The notes under the pieces: model-generated
What the model was told of the DNA's origin: nothing
What the model saw: the letters and a program-made list of their open reading frames with translations, nothing else
Database searches by the model: none
Made by a program: the position numbers and the translations under genes
Source of the DNA: the human T2T-CHM13v2.0 reference genome, Homo sapiens
NCBI RefSeq assembly: GCF_009914755.1
Contig: NC_060947.1
Length of the DNA stretch: 64,000 nt
Reading direction: 5' to 3' (one strand)
Shown: piece by piece, positions 30,050 to 47,272 of the stretch
How positions within the stretch are numbered: the first letter of the stretch is position 1
Layout of the letters: each line of letters starts with the position of its first letter

Positions 30050-31600
30050 TATACCCATTGTATAGGAAAGAACAGGAAACAATATAATCGAAACCCATAC
30101 CCACTATTCAGTTTTAACACTTTGTTGCATTTCTCTCAAATTTCCTTTAAAAGAGGTAAAATTTTACAGATATAATCCTATACCCTCATGCTCACAATCC
30201 TTTCTTCCTCTCTCTCTCTTAAAGTTGGTGTACCTGATTTCCTTTCATGCTTTTATTCCTTTACTACACATACATATCCATAAATAGTTTTATATATTAC
30301 TATCTTGTAAAAATTGATTATAAAAAGTGGAATCATTTGATACATATTCTTTCCAAATTGCTTTTTAAAACTCAGTATTTTATTTATGAGATTTATTGAT
30401 ATTGATACATATAGCTCTAGTTCATTCATGCTATAATATTCTACTCCATATGCTACCTATCCAGTTCCCTGTTTAGGACAATTATGTTTCAGTTTATTTT
30501 GCTAACACAAGCATTGCTGCAATTAACATATATAAATAGATCTCCCAATATACATGTTCAAAAGTTCCTTTAGAATAGATACCTAGAAGTGGAATTCTTG
30601 GCCTATAAGGAGTGTGGATTTTCAACTTTACCAGGTATAAAATTTTGAAGCAGTTTACATCTCCAAATGCAGCAATGAGAGTGTTTCCCTATATTATCTT
30701 GAAGTGTTAAGTGTTATTAGATTTTAATTTTTGCCAGTATTATGGTTCTTATATGATAGTTTATTATTTTAACTTGCATGTCCTGTGTGATCACTAGTGA
30801 AGCTGAGTATCTATTCTATGGACTGTTCACATCACTTTCCCATTTTTCTATTTGCTTCTTGTTCTAATTGATTTGTAGTCCTTTCTATATTCTAGACACG
30901 AATCCTTCGTTAGTTATATAGGTTATAGATATCAACTAATGTGTGGCATATATTTTTAATTTAGTTTATGATTTAAAAATTTTTAATGTCATATAAATTT
31001 CTTCTACAGATATTGTGACTCATTTGAAAGCTGTGACTTATTTTAAAGGTGAAATTGTTGTAGATATAGGAAACCAGGCTAATACAATAAAACAGGATAA
31101 AAGCCTCAAAACAAACCAATATATATGTGGAAATTAGCATACAATAGAGGTGCCACTACAAATCAATGAGGTAAGGGTGGACTATACAATAAATAGTGCT
31201 GGAACAACTGGCTATCCATATGAAAAACCTGTTGTCACCCTCCATACACGAAAATCAATACCAGATGAATTATAACATAAGAAGTAAATCTTCAAAGTTT
31301 TAGAAGAAAATAGAGGAAAGTATATGACAAAAGTGTATAGAATGGTTTATTAAACACATAAGCACAGACACAAAAGAAATATTAATAAATACAACCTCAT
31401 TAAAATTCAAAACTTCTGCAATACTGTTATATTTTACAATACTATACTGAGAGTCTGTATATCTTTTTTGTAAAAATGCATGTGTATATGTGTGTGTGTG
31501 TGTTCAGAAATCATATTGGAATCACAGAAGCAAAAGAGAAATTCAATAATGGTTAACTACAAGTGATAGAATTATAATTTATATCTATTTTCTTGTATTT
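30050..31600. mobile_element. Highly degraded L1M fragments (both orientations)
   Basis: Remnants such as atacctagaagtggaatt and aataaatagtgctggaacaactggctatccatatg. Confidence 0.55.
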
Positions 31601-32785
31601 TTGCCTATTTTCTAGACTGAATAGTGCTTTATGATTCCATAAAAAGCTGTTTTTCCAATATAAATTAAAATGGTCCAAATGGATAAATTGTAGTTATCAC
31701 AGAGCCCCTTGACTGTCTGTCTCTGTTACTAATTCTAAATCTTTGATCTATGGAGTCTAAAGATGTGCTAGGCACTCTCACACATTTGATTTCACTTAAT
31801 TCTCACAAGTATAGTAAGAGGTTTTTACCACTCTCACTTTACAGGTCCAAGAAACATGCTCAGAAAGGTAAAGTGACTTGCCAAAGCTTATGTAACTAGT
31901 CAATGGTGGAATTAAGACTTAACCCTACCTCCTCTCAATCCACAGTCACACAATTTCCCTATCTGTAATTATAGTAAATTAATTTCAACCAACATTAGGA
32001 TTAAAATATAATTACCAATAAGATTAGCAATGGGAAGAACAAGATGAGATGTTTAAAAAAGTAGAACTGGCATTACATTAGTTTTAAATGAATGTATCTA
32101 GTATTTTTGGTAACCTAGATACCAGATATGAAAGAAATCCAACAGCTCATCAGATAATGTAGAAACATGAAGCAACACCAAATGAAGGGAAAGAACACTG
32201 GATATGAAATAAGAAGAAATCATTTTTAGGCTTAGTCATACCAGTGATTAGCCATGGAGAAGTATTAATCCTCTTGGTCTCAGTTTTCTAATCTATAAAC
32301 TAAGAGAGTAAGGACATTAAACATTCTCTATTTTAGCTCTAGGATTCTACATTCCTGTGTCTAAAAACATGTGGTTCAATCAAGTGCAAGACTGGTTCGT
32401 TTTGTTTTTATAGTCTTCATTTGCTGTTAAGGAAGACTCTGGGAGTTCTACATAATATCCCTTGATTCACATTAATAGTTTCCTATGCAAGCTTCATAAT
32501 GCCTCACTTATATTTAATACAAGGGTGGATGGCTTGATGGATGCAAAGGGAGTGGTGTGAAGAGAAGAAAACAAGCTTTGGAGTAAAAGACTGAGTTTAA
32601 ATCTGAATTCCCCAAACTTAAAGTAGTATATTACCATCCCTTTCTGAGCCAATCTCCTCATCCATCAAAGGAAAATACTACTACCTTTTTCACAGGATTC
32701 TCATAAGAATCAAGTAAGATGACTTACAGGAAGTTTACTTGCTACATTTAAAAACCTGCTTTAGACCCTACTTCCATTATTTTTA

Positions 32786-32932
<147 letters not shown>

Positions 32933-33215
32933 TTAATAAATATTTAGAGGTATCATTTTTCATTCCTCAACTATATATGATTTCATATGATACTTCAAAT
33001 TTGAGTGCTTGTGAGGCTACAGTAACAGCTTTTTGTTCGAGTGTGCAATTTAATATGCACATACTAAGTATCCCTCTAATGTCAGATATGGCAAGAGTTA
33101 TTTTAGTATGATAAGTCTAGGCAATGGCATTCTAAAGGAATCATTATGGGGGCACCAGTAACTTCATGAGCTTCATGGAATGACTTGGGACACCAGTAAT
33201 TAAAGGCTGGATTTA

Positions 33216-33555
<340 letters not shown>

Positions 33556-34344
33556 AGCCTTGATATTTTATGTTTAACAGCAGACAATCCTAAGAAATGC
33601 TTTGTTTTAGGACTGTCATTTGTCACAGGATTCTCGTTAAGAATCAAGAGATTTTTACCACTCTCATTTTACAGGTCCAAGAAACATGAAGCTATGCCTT
33701 CAATGTTATCTAGAAATCACAAGGAACCACAAACTATCTTTGCCCATAGTGGGCAAACATCCTTCATCATTGTACAAACACTAGCCTACTAATGTGGCCA
33801 AACAAGTCTCACACAAGCCTCTCAAAGCTATAATGTAATGTTCATATACATATCTAGAAATGTATGCTATAGTGTTTCTCACTGTAATAAATAAGGGGAC
33901 ATGCCAAAACTTTCTGCATTTACACTTGAGGTCTATAGTGTCATCTAAAATTCTTAAGAATTACAATGTATTCTGCCAAAGTTTATCCATTTTTTATACA
34001 GTATGAGTCACAAACATCAAAATTCTCATTGCTATTTGGCTATCAAAGTGAATAAGTTGGTACACATGCTTTCACAGAGAGATGCCAATTGCTTATTAAA
34101 TGAATAAAAAGCTGTAGAACAAATACAATACATCCAATTCCCAATACTAACAAAAATTAAATATATGCACATATATGCACAGAAAAATCTGGAATAAAAT
34201 AAACCGAATTTAAAAATGGTTAACTCTGGTAGGTAGGCCTAGAAAAGGAACAAGGAGAGACAACTTAATGTTTAACTTTCTGTACAACTGTCTTAATTTT
34301 TGCAGAAAAGAATGCAGGACTTTCTAATTAAAAAACTATTAGGA

Positions 34345-36500
34345 CGGACATCATCAAGATGGTAGAATAGGACTCTTCAGCACTCATCTCTCTACAGAAA
34401 CATCAATTAAAATAACTATCCACAAATGAAAATATCTTCACAAGAGCCAAAAAACTAAAAAAAAAAAAAACAAAACAAATATGTAGGAGATTATATCAGC
34501 ACCTGGGTGTAGCACAGAAATAAGGTGCATTCAAGAAGGTAGGAAAGAGAGTTTTACACTATCAGCATCAGCCCCCTACCAAGCCCAGCATAGAGTGGAG
34601 AGAGATACCCTCTGTGTGAGAGAAGGAGAGGGAAGTGAGCACTGAACTTTAATTCCAACTCCAAAACTGGACCCACCCCAGTAATATCCAGTGCTAGGAA
34701 GGCCCCCACAGCCCCAGACTTCAGGACAGTACCAGTGGACTCAGCCTCCAGGCCTGCTCCAGTGCCAAGCCGAATCATTCAACCCCAAGCTCCAGGCCTG
34801 CACAGTGGACTTGGTCTCCAGGTTACTCCAACATCAGGCCAACCTCAGCAGTACCATGTCCTCGACCATCTCCAGCATTGGACTAGCTCCCAAGGCTCCT
34901 GGCTTCAGGCCAGGGTCAGCTCCAGCACCCGGCCAACTCCCACAGCCCTAGTCATAAGGCTGGCACCTGCAGACTCAGCCTCCAGGCCAGCCCCTGGAGG
35001 GAGCTAATATAGGCCCCAAGAGGCTGGTACCCACAGACTGAGCCTCCAGTCCCACCCCAGAACCAGGCAGGATCCCACAGCCCTGCCCTCCAGGCTGGCA
35101 CCTGTAGCTCTTGCTGGAGCTCCTGCATCTCAGTGTTCCAGCAGACCCAGGGCCCACCCAGGCCAGTTCCAGTAGACCACAGTGCTCGGCTTGCCCCCGT
35201 GGACCCAGGTGCCAGGACCATCCCTGTGTGCCCAGGTCCCAGGCTGGCCCTGTGGCTCCAAGACCCACATTAGCCCCCAGGGACCTAGCCTCTAAGCTAG
35301 CCCTTGCACACCCAGCCTCCAGGCTTGCTTCTGCAGACTCAGGCTCCAGGCCAGCCCAAGTAGCTCCAGGCATTGGGCTAGCATCCACAATCCTGGACTC
35401 CAGATGAGACTCTGGTTACAAGTTCCACACTGGTCTCAGCACCAGGCCCCAGGCTCCAGAGGACCCAGGCTCCAGGCTTATTCTAGAAGACCCAGGGTCC
35501 ATGCCCACTCCTGTAGACCCCAGTACCAGGCAGGACCCCTTGGACTGAGGCTCCAAGACCACCCCTGCAGACTCAGGCTCCAGGTCTATCTCAGTGATCC
35601 CAGGAACCAGGCACCTCAGTGATCATTTCAATAATCCAAGACACCCCAGTGCTAGGCTAGCCTCCATGGACTCAAGCTCCAGGCCCATGCCAGTGGACCT
35701 AGGTGTCAGGCCCATCCAGTGTTCAGCCATCTCCTATAGACTCAGGTTCAAGGCCTACCCCAGCACCAGGTGAGCCCCTGTGGACCAGGCTTCAGGTTGG
35801 CAGGTTGGCTCCTGTGGATACAGGCTCCAGGCCTGCCCTCGTCAACACAGGCTGTAGGTCCATTCCTCAAGACCCAATCAACAGGTCCACCCCAGTGGAT
35901 TCAGGCTTCAGGCCCAACCCTGAAGACCCAGATACCAGGGCCAGCAAGCGTATCAGGGATCATACCAGATGGCCTGCCCGGGAATCTCTGGATGGGCTGA
36001 CTGGTGAAGGGCTTTCCCAGAAAAATTAAGTCTGCAAAAATTGGAATAAGTCCTTACGTTTCTTTAAATGTGCAGACATTAATGTAAGGCAATGAGAAAC
36101 ATGAAAAACCAAGAGACATAGCACCACCACAAGAACACAATTTCTTAGTAGCTAACCTCTATACAAACGGTCTGACAAAGATTCAAAATAACTGTTTTTA
36201 GAAATCTCAATGAACTTCAAAAAAATAGAGAATTTAATGAAATCAAGAAAACAATAAATGATCAAATTAGACATTTAACAGAGGGACTGAAATTATATTT
36301 TAAAAGTATCAAATAAATTCTGGAGCTTAAAAATACAATGAATGAAATGAAAAATGTAATAGCATCAACCTCAGAATTGATCAGGCAAAAGAAATAATCT
36401 ATGAACTCAAAGATAAGCTATTTGAAAATATACCGTAAGAGGAAAAAAAGAGAAAAGAATGAAAAGGAAAAACTAAAACAGAGCAGGAGTGCCTATACCT
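34345..36500 (+). mobile_element. Old L1M 5' end: internally repetitive GC-rich 5' UTR plus degraded ORF1 start
   Basis: Starts caagatggtagaatagg; many ggctccagg/ccaggcc units at 34690-35950; ORF1-like A-rich sequence at 36100-36470. Confidence 0.7.
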
Positions 36501-39500
36501 ATACCTATATTAGATAGAAACCGTTGAAGATATTTATTTTAAAAGTTATGTTAGATATCTTCACCTAAGTTAATTTTCAATATCATTACATGGACTAAAA
36601 AGGCTTACTTTTAAAAGTGCATACTCAAGAATAAATGTAACTAGAAACGTGTAAAAAATAACAATGAATAGTTACAAATTTATCTCTACTACATATAGTA
36701 TCACCTCAATTATTTTTGAGATTGTTTTAGAATATGTGATTTATCTAACTTCGATTCTAACATCAGCAGTGTAAATAAGTTAATTAAAATGCATTTCATG
36801 ACTTCCCTTTTTCAGGATTAACTACTACGTGCAAATTGAGCATAGTGGTATAATCTTGAACTTCCCATCCATTAAAATCTTTAATACGAATAAGTAAATA
36901 TAGAAGGCAAAGCAAGATGGCAGAACAGAAAGCTCTACTGATTGTCCCCCAACCCCACAAGGACACCAAGTTAACAACTATCTACACAGAAAAAAATACC
37001 TTCACAAGAACCAAAAATCAGGTGAGAGCTCAAAGCACCCAATTTTAACTTCAGATCACTGAAAGAGGCACTTAAGAGATAGAAAAAAAAAGGTCCTGAA
37101 TAGCTGATGCCACCCCTCCCCCATCCCTGCAGCTGCAGCCTGGTGCAGAGAGCATTTCTGGATGCTGGAAGGGAGAACACAGCAATTCTTAGGCAGTGAA
37201 CTCGGTGCTATCCTGTTAGAGCAGAAAGGAAAAGCAGACCAAACTCAGCTGGTACCCAACCAGGGAAGGATCATTTAAACCAGCCCTAGCCAGAGAGGAG
37301 TTGTTCATCCCAGTGGTTCAAAGTTGAGTGTCTGCAAACCTTACCTCTGAGGGCCAAAGTGCTCTCAGTCTCTAAGTAAACCTGAAAGGCAGTCTAGGCA
37401 ATAGGTACCGCAATTCGTAGGCGAGACCTAGGGCTGAACTAGGCCCAGAGACAGTGGACTGGGGTGAGGGGGCAGGGCACATGACATACTGAGACACCAG
37501 CTGGGGCAGCCAAGGAAGGACTGAAATCACCCCTCCCTTAATCCCAGGCTACATGGTTTGAGGCTCCAAAAGAGACCTCTTCCTTCTGCTTGAGGAGAGG
37601 AGAGGTAAGAGAGGAGAGGACTTTGCCTTGCATCTTGGTTACCAGCTCAGCCACACAAGGATAGAGCACCAGTCAGAGCTGTGAGGACCCTGTTCCAGGC
37701 CATAGCTCCCAGATGACATTTCAAGACACACCCTGAGCCAGAAAGGTATTCCCTGACTTGAAGGAAAGGACCCAATCCTTACAGCGTTCATCATCTGCTA
37801 ACTGAAGAGCCCTTGGGACCTGAATAACCAGCAGTGATACCCAGGAACTACCTTGAGGGCCTTGTTGAGCCTCTGACACTTGCTGGCTTCAGGTGGGGCT
37901 CAGCAAATTACCAGCTGTGGTGCTATGGGGCAAAACTCCTTCTCCTTTAGAAAAGCAGAGGGAAAAGTAAAGAGGACTTTGTCTTACCCCTTAGGTACCA
38001 ACACCACCACAGTGGGGTAGGGCATCAAGCGGGCTCCTGGGGTCCCTGATTCTAGAGTTGACTGTTGGACAGCATTTCTGGGACTGCCCTGGGCCAGAGG
38101 CGAGCTCACAGCGCTGAAATGTGAGTCCCAAGCCAGGCAGCATTCACAAGTGCACTTAAGAGCCCCTGTGCCTTAAGGGAACACCAGTGGTAATCTGGCA
38201 GTACACCTTGCCTTGTGGCCAGGGGTGGCCGTGGCTATGGGGTGAGGCTACTCTGCCTTTGGAAAGTGAAGGAAGGATAAGAAAGACTGAGTCTTGTGGT
38301 TTGAGTACCAGCTCAGCTGCAATACAATAGAATACCAGGTAGACTTCTAAGGTTTTTTTAACTCTAGTCGCTGACTCCCAAACAACACTTCTAGACTCAC
38401 CCAGAGATTAGGGGACCTCGCCACCCTGAAAGGAAAGGCACAGGCCTGGCTGGCTTTGCTACTTGTGGATTGTAGAGCCCCAGGGCCTTGAGAAAACATA
38501 GGCAGTAGTAAGGGAGTGGTTACAATGGGCCTTAGGCAAGACTCAGCTCTGTGCTGGCTTCAGGTGTGACCCAGCATAGTCACAGTGGTGGTGGCCACAG
38601 GGATGCTTCTGTCAATCCATCCCCTGATTTAGGTGACTCAGAACAGACAGAGACTCTGTAAGTTTGGGAGAAAGTAAGGTAAGAGAAAAAGAGTATCTGC
38701 CTGGTCATATAGAGAATTCTCCCAGATCATGTTCAAGACCATCAGGGCAGCACCTCTATGAGTCTGCGAGAACCACAGTGTTACAGGGCCTGGGTGCCCC
38801 AGAAAGAAGACACAGCTTAGATCACAACACCCAGGTCCTTTCAAATATCTGGTAAGCCTTCACAAGAAGGACAGCTACAAATAAGCCCAGACAGTGAAGA
38901 CTACATTAAATGCCTAACTCTTTGATGCCCAGACACCAAAGAACATCTACTAGCATCAACACCATTCCGAAAAACATGACCTCACCAAATAAACTTAAAA
39001 AGGCACCAGGGACCAATCCTGGAGAAACAGAAACATGTGGACTTTCACAGAGAGAATTCAAAGTAGCTGTGTTGAGGAAACTCAAAGAAATTCAAGATAA
39101 CAGAGAGAAGGAATTCAGAATTGTATCAGATAAATTTAACAAAGAGATTGAAATAATTAAAAAGAATCAGGCAGAAATACTGGAGCTGAAAAATCAACTG
39201 GCATACTGAAGAATGAATCAGAGTCCTTTAATAGCAGAACAGATAAAGCAGAAGAAAGAATTAGTGAGCTTGAAGATAGGCTACTTGAAAATACACAGAG
39301 GAGACAAAAGAAAAAAGAATAAAAAACAATGACACACACCTACAGGAACTAGAAAATAGATTGAAAAAGGCAAATCTATGAGTTGTTGGCCTGAAAGAGG
39401 AGGTAGAGAAAGAAATTAGGTAGAAAGCTTATTCAAAGGGATAATAATGAGAACTTCTGAAATCTAGATAAAGATATCAATATCCAAGTACAAGAACATT

Positions 39501-40066
39501 ATAGAACACCAAGCAGATTTAATTCAAAGACGACTACCCCAAGGCATTTAATAATCAAGTACCCAAAGGTCAAGAATAAAGAAAGGATCCTAAAAACAGC
39601 AAGAGAAAAGAAAAAAATAACATACAATGGAGCTCCAATATGTCAGGCAGCAGACTTTTCAATGGAAACCTTACAGGATAGAAGAGAGTGGCATCACATA
39701 TTTAAATGCTAAAGAAGAAAAAAGCCCTTTTACCCTAGAATAGTATATTCAGTGAAAATATCCCTTAAACATGAAGGAGAAGTACTTTCCAAGACAAACA
39801 AATGCTGACGGATTTCATCAATACCAGACCTGTGCTAAAAGAAATGCTAAAGGAAGTACTTCAACCAGAAAGAAAGGGACATTAATGAGCAATAAATAAT
39901 CACCTGAAGGTACAAAACTCACTAGTAATAGTAAATACACAGAAAACCACAGAATATTATAATACTATAACAGAGGTGTATAAACTACTCTTATCCTAAG
40001 TAGAAAGACTGAATAATGAACCAATCAAAAAGAATAACTACAACTTTTCAAGACATAGTACAGTAA

Positions 40067-41598
<1,532 letters not shown>

Positions 41599-44174
41599 AG
41601 TGGGGGGATGAAGTTAAGGTGAGTTTTTATTAGTTTTCTTTTTGCTTGTTCATGTAAATAGTGTTAAGTTGTTAGCAGTTTAAAATAATGAGTTGTAAGT
41701 TATAAGAAGGTATCTGCAAGCCTCATGGGAACCTCAAACCAAAAAACATACAATAGATACACTAAAAATAAAAAGCAAGAAATTAAATCATATTATCAGA
41801 GAAAATCATCTTCACTAGAGGAAGACAGAAATGAAAGAAAGAAGGAAGAGAAGACCACAAAACAACCAGGAAACAAAAATCAAAAGGGAAGAACTAAGTC
41901 CTTACTTATCAATAATAATACTGAAGGTAAATGGACTAAACTTCCCCATCAAAAGACACTGACTCACTGAATGGATGAAAAAACAAGACCCACTGATCTG
42001 TTGCCTAGAGGAAACATACTTTACCTATACAGACACACAGACTGAAAATGAAAGGATAGAAATAGACATTCCATGCCAATGAAACTAAAACAGAACAGGA
42101 GTCACTATACTTAGATCAGACAAAATTGATTTCAAGACCAAAACTGTAAGAAGAGACAAAGAAGGACACTATATGATGATAAAGGGGTCAGTTCAGCCAG
42201 AGGGAGGACATAACAATTTTAAATAGATATGCACCCAACACTGCAGTGCCCAGATATATAAAGGAAATATTACTCAAGTGAAAGAGAGAGATAGGCCCCA
42301 ATACAGTAACAGCTGGAGACTTCAACACCCCACTTTCAGCTTTAGAAAGATCTTCCAGACAGAAAGTCAACAAAGAAACAGCAGATGTAATCTGCACTAC
42401 GGATGAAATGGATCTAACAGATATTTACAGAACATGTCATGCAACAACCGCAGAATACACATTCTTTTCCTTAGCACATAGGTCTTTCTCAAGAATAGAC
42501 CATATGTTAGGTCACAAAATAACTCTTAAAACTCTCAAAAAACTGAAATAATATCAAGCATCTTCTCGAACCACAATGGAATAAAACTAGAAATCAATAA
42601 TAATAGGAATTTTGAAAACTATACAAATACATGGAAATTAAACAATATGCTCCTCAATAACCAGTGGCTCAATGAAGAAATTAAGAAGGATATTGAAAAA
42701 TTTCTTGAAACAAATAACAATAGAAACACAACATGCCAAAACCTATGGAATACAGCAAAAGCAGTACTCAGAGGGAAGTTTATAGCTATAAGTCTCTACA
42801 TTTAAAAAGAGTTTAGAAAAACTTCAAGTAAATAATCAAATGATGGATCTGAAAGAACTAGAAAAAAACAGCAAAACAACCCCCAAATTAGTAGAACAAA
42901 AGAAATAATAAATATCAAGCAGAAATAAATGAAATTGAAATTAAAAATACAATACAAAAGACCAATGAAACAAAAAGCTGGGTTTTTTTTGAAAAGTTCA
43001 ACAAAATTGACAAACCATTAGCCAGACTACTAAGAAAAAAAGCAAGAAGATCCAAATATATCAAATCAGAAATGAAAAAGGAGACATTACAACTGATACC
43101 GCAGAAATTCAAAGGATCATTAGTGTCTACTATGAGCAACTATATGCCAGTAATTTGGAAAATCTAGAGGAAATGGACAAATTCCTTGATAGATACAGCT
43201 TACTGAAATTGAACCAGGAAGAAATCCAGAACCATTCAGGCCAATAACAAGTAATGAGATAGAAGCCATAATAAAAAAAAATTCTCAGTAAAGAAAAGCC
43301 CGGGACCTAATTGCTAAATTCTAGTAAACATTTAAAGAACTACGACCAATCCTACTAAAACTATTCTGAAAAACAGAGGAGGAAGCAATACTTCCAAACT
43401 CATTCTATGATGCCAGTATTACCCTGATACCAAAAACAGACAAAGAGACATCCAAAAAAGAAAACTACAGGCCAAGATCTCTGATGAATATTGATGCAAA
43501 AATCCTCAACAAAATATAGCAAACAGAATTCAACACTACATTAGAACGATCATTCATCATGACCTAGTAGGATGTTTTTCCTGGGATGCAAGGATGGTTC
43601 AACATATACAAATTAATCAATGAGATACATCATAATAATAAAGGATTAAAAACCATATGATCATTTCAATTGATGCTGACAAAGCATTTGATATAATTCA
43701 ACATTCCTTTGTGATAAAAATCCTCAAAAAACTGGGGATAGATGGAACATACTTCAACATAATAAAAGCCTTATACTACAGACCCACAGCTAGTATTGCA
43801 ATGAATGGGCAAAAACTGAAAGGTTTTACTCTAAGATCTGGAACTTGACAAGGATGCCCAGTGTCAAAACTGTTATTCAGTCAAAACTGTTATTCAGCAT
43901 AGTACTAGAAGTCCTAGCTAGAGCAATCAGACAAAAAAATATATATATATATAAAGGGCATCCAAATGGGAAAGGAAGAAGTCAAATTATCCTTGTTTGC
44001 AGATGATGATATGACCTTATACTTGGGAAAACCTATAGACTCCACAAGTAAACTATTAGAACTGATAAACAAAATCAGTAAATTTTCAGGAAACAAAATC
44101 AACATACAAAAAGGACTAGCATTTCTATATGCCAACAATGAACAATCTGAAAAAGAAACTAAAAAATAACTCAA

Positions 44175-44281
44175 ATGCTTACTTCAGCAGCACATATACT
44201 AAAACTGGAATGATACAGAGAAAATTAGCATGGCCCCTGCATATGGATGACACACAAATTCATGAAGCATTCCATAGTTTT
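44175..44281 (+). pseudogene. Full-length U6 snRNA retrocopy
   Basis: atgcttacttcagcagcacatatactaaaactggaatgatacagagaaaattagcatggcccctgc..ttccata aligns end to end with U6, with mostly CpG-type substitutions. Confidence 0.93.
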
Positions 44282-45000
44282 AATCTCATGCCAGTCATAA
44301 TGGTGATTACTAAAAAGTCAAGAAACAACAGATGCTGGCGAGGCTGTGGAGAAATAGGAACACTATTACACTATTGGTGGGAATGCAAATTATTTCAACC
44401 ATTGTGGAAGACAGTGCAGTGATTCTTAAGGATCTAGAACGAGAAATACCATTTGACCCAGAAATCCCATTACTGGATATATAGCCAAAGGATTATAAAT
44501 CATTCTGCAGTAAAGACACATGCACATGTATGTTTACTGCAGCACTATTTACAACATCAAAGACATGGAACCAACCCAAATGTCCATCAATGATAGACTG
44601 GATAAAGAAAATGTGGTACATATACACCATGGAATACTATGCAGCCACATAAAGGAATGAGATCATGTTCTTTGCAGGGACATGGATGAAGCTGGAAGCC
44701 ATAATCCTCAGCAAACTAACACATGAACAGAAAACCAAACACCGCATTTCTCACTCATAAGTGGGAGTTGAATAATGAGAACACACGGACACAGTGAGGG
44801 GAATAACACACATCGGGGCCAGTTGGGGGGTGGGGGCGAAAGGAGGGAGAGCATTAGGGCAAATAGCTAATACATGCAGGGCTTAAAACCTAGATGATGG
44901 GTTGATAGGTCCAGCAAACCATGGCACATATATACCTATGTAACAAACCTACATGTTCTGCACTTGTATTCTGGAATTTAAAGTAAAATTTAAAAAATTT
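44282..45000 (+). mobile_element. L1PA 3' fragment fused to U6 (U6/L1 chimera)
   Basis: L1 ORF2 C-terminus and 3' UTR start directly after the U6 T tract; shared TSD taaaaaataa(ct/tc)caa at 44160-44174 and 45000-45014. Confidence 0.88.
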
Positions 45001-46910
45001 AAAAAATAATCCAATTTACAATAGTCACACATAAAATTAAATACCTAGGCATTAACTTAAGCAAAGAAATGCAAGATCTCTGTAATGAAAACTGTAAAAC
45101 ACTGATGAATTATATTGAAGAGGACACCAAAAAATAGAAAAATATTCCATGTTCATGGATTGGAAGAATCAATATTGTTAAAATCTCCATAGGACCCAAA
45201 GCAATCTACAGATTCAAAGCAATCCCTATCAAAACACCAATGACATTCTTCACAGAGATAGAAAAAAAATCTCAAAATTTATATGGAACTACAGAAGACC
45301 CAGAATAGCCAAAGTTATCCTAAGTAAAAAGAACAAAACTGGAGGAATTGTTCCTCCATTGCCTGACTTCAAATTATACTACAGAGCTAAAGTAACCAAA
45401 ACAGTGTGGTACTGGCATAAAAGCAGACACATAGACCAATGGAACAGAATAGAGAACCCAGAAACAAATCCACACACCTACAGTGACCTCATTTTTGAGA
45501 AAGGTGCCAAGGACATAATCTGGGGAAAAGATAATCTCATCAATAAACAGTGCTGGGAAAATTGGATATCCATATGCAGAAAAATGCAGCTAGACCCCTA
45601 TCTCTATATACAAAATTCAAATCAAAATGCATTAAAGACTTAAATGTAAGACCTCAAACCATAAAATTACTACAAGAAAACATTGAGGAAAATCTCCAGG
45701 ACACTGGTCTTGGCAAAGATTTCTTGAGCAATACCCCACAAGCACAGGCAACAACATAAAAACGGACAAATGGGATCATATCAAGTTAAAAAGCTTCTGC
45801 ACAGCAAAGGATATAATCAACAAAGTGAAGAGACAATTCACAGAATGGGAGAAAATATTTTCAAACCACCCATCTGATAAAAGATTAGTAACCAGAATAT
45901 AGAAGGAACTCAAAGAACTCCAATGGAAAAAAATCTAATAATCCAATCAAAACATGGGCAAATGATTTGCATAGACAGTACTCAAAACAAGACATACAAA
46001 TGGCAAACATGCATATGAAAAGGTGTTCAACATAATTAATCATCAGCAAAATGCAAATCAAAGCTACAACGAAATAACATCTCACCCCTGTTAAAATGGC
46101 TTATATCTAAAAGACAGGCAATAGCAAATGCTGGCAAGGATGTGGAGAAAAGGGAATCCTCATACACTGTTGGTGGGAATGTAAATTAGTACAACTACTA
46201 AGGAGACCAGTTTGGAGGTTCCTCAAAAAAATAAATTGAGCTACCATATGATTCAGCAATCTCACCGCTGGGTATTTACCCCAAAGAAAGGAAATCAGTA
46301 TATCAAAGAGATATCTGCACTGCTATATTTGTTGCAGCACTGTTTACAATAACTAAAATTTGGAAGCAACCGAAGTGTCCACCAACAGATGAATGGATAA
46401 AGAAAATGTGGTACATATACACAATGGAGTACTATTCAGCCATAAAATGAATGAGATTCAGTCATTTGCAACATCATGAATGGAACTGGAGATTATGTTA
46501 AGTGAAATAAACCAGGCACAGAAAGACAAACATTGCATATTCTCACTTATTTGTGGGATCTAAAAATCAAAACAACTGAATTCATGGACATACAGATTAG
46601 AAGGATAGTTACCAGAGGCTGGGAATAGTAGTGGGGGGTTGGTGGTGAGGTAGAGATGGTTAATGGGCACAAAATAAACAGAATGAATAAGCCTAGTATT
46701 TGATAGCACAACAAGGTGCTTATTGTCAGTAATAACCATATATTTTTAAATAATGCAAACAGTAATTGGGTTGTTTGAAACTCAATGGATAAATTAGGGG
46801 ATGGATACCCCATTCTTCATGATGTGCTTATTTCACACTGCATGCCTGTATCAAAACATCTCATGTATCCTACAAATATATACACCTACTATGTACCCAT
46901 GAAAAGTAAA

Positions 46911-47272
<362 letters not shown>

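Noticed and set aside
34554-36029. Cluster of overlapping 70-137-aa ORFs
   Set aside because: They lie in the GC-rich repetitive L1 5' UTR on both strands, with no domain or splice support.
43862-43897. 17-bp tandem duplication gtcaaaactgttattca inside L1 ORF2
   Set aside because: Ordinary slippage in a dead element.
44175-44281. Functional U6 snRNA gene
   Set aside because: Multiple substitutions, no upstream Pol III PSE/TATA, and fused to L1 within a TSD.
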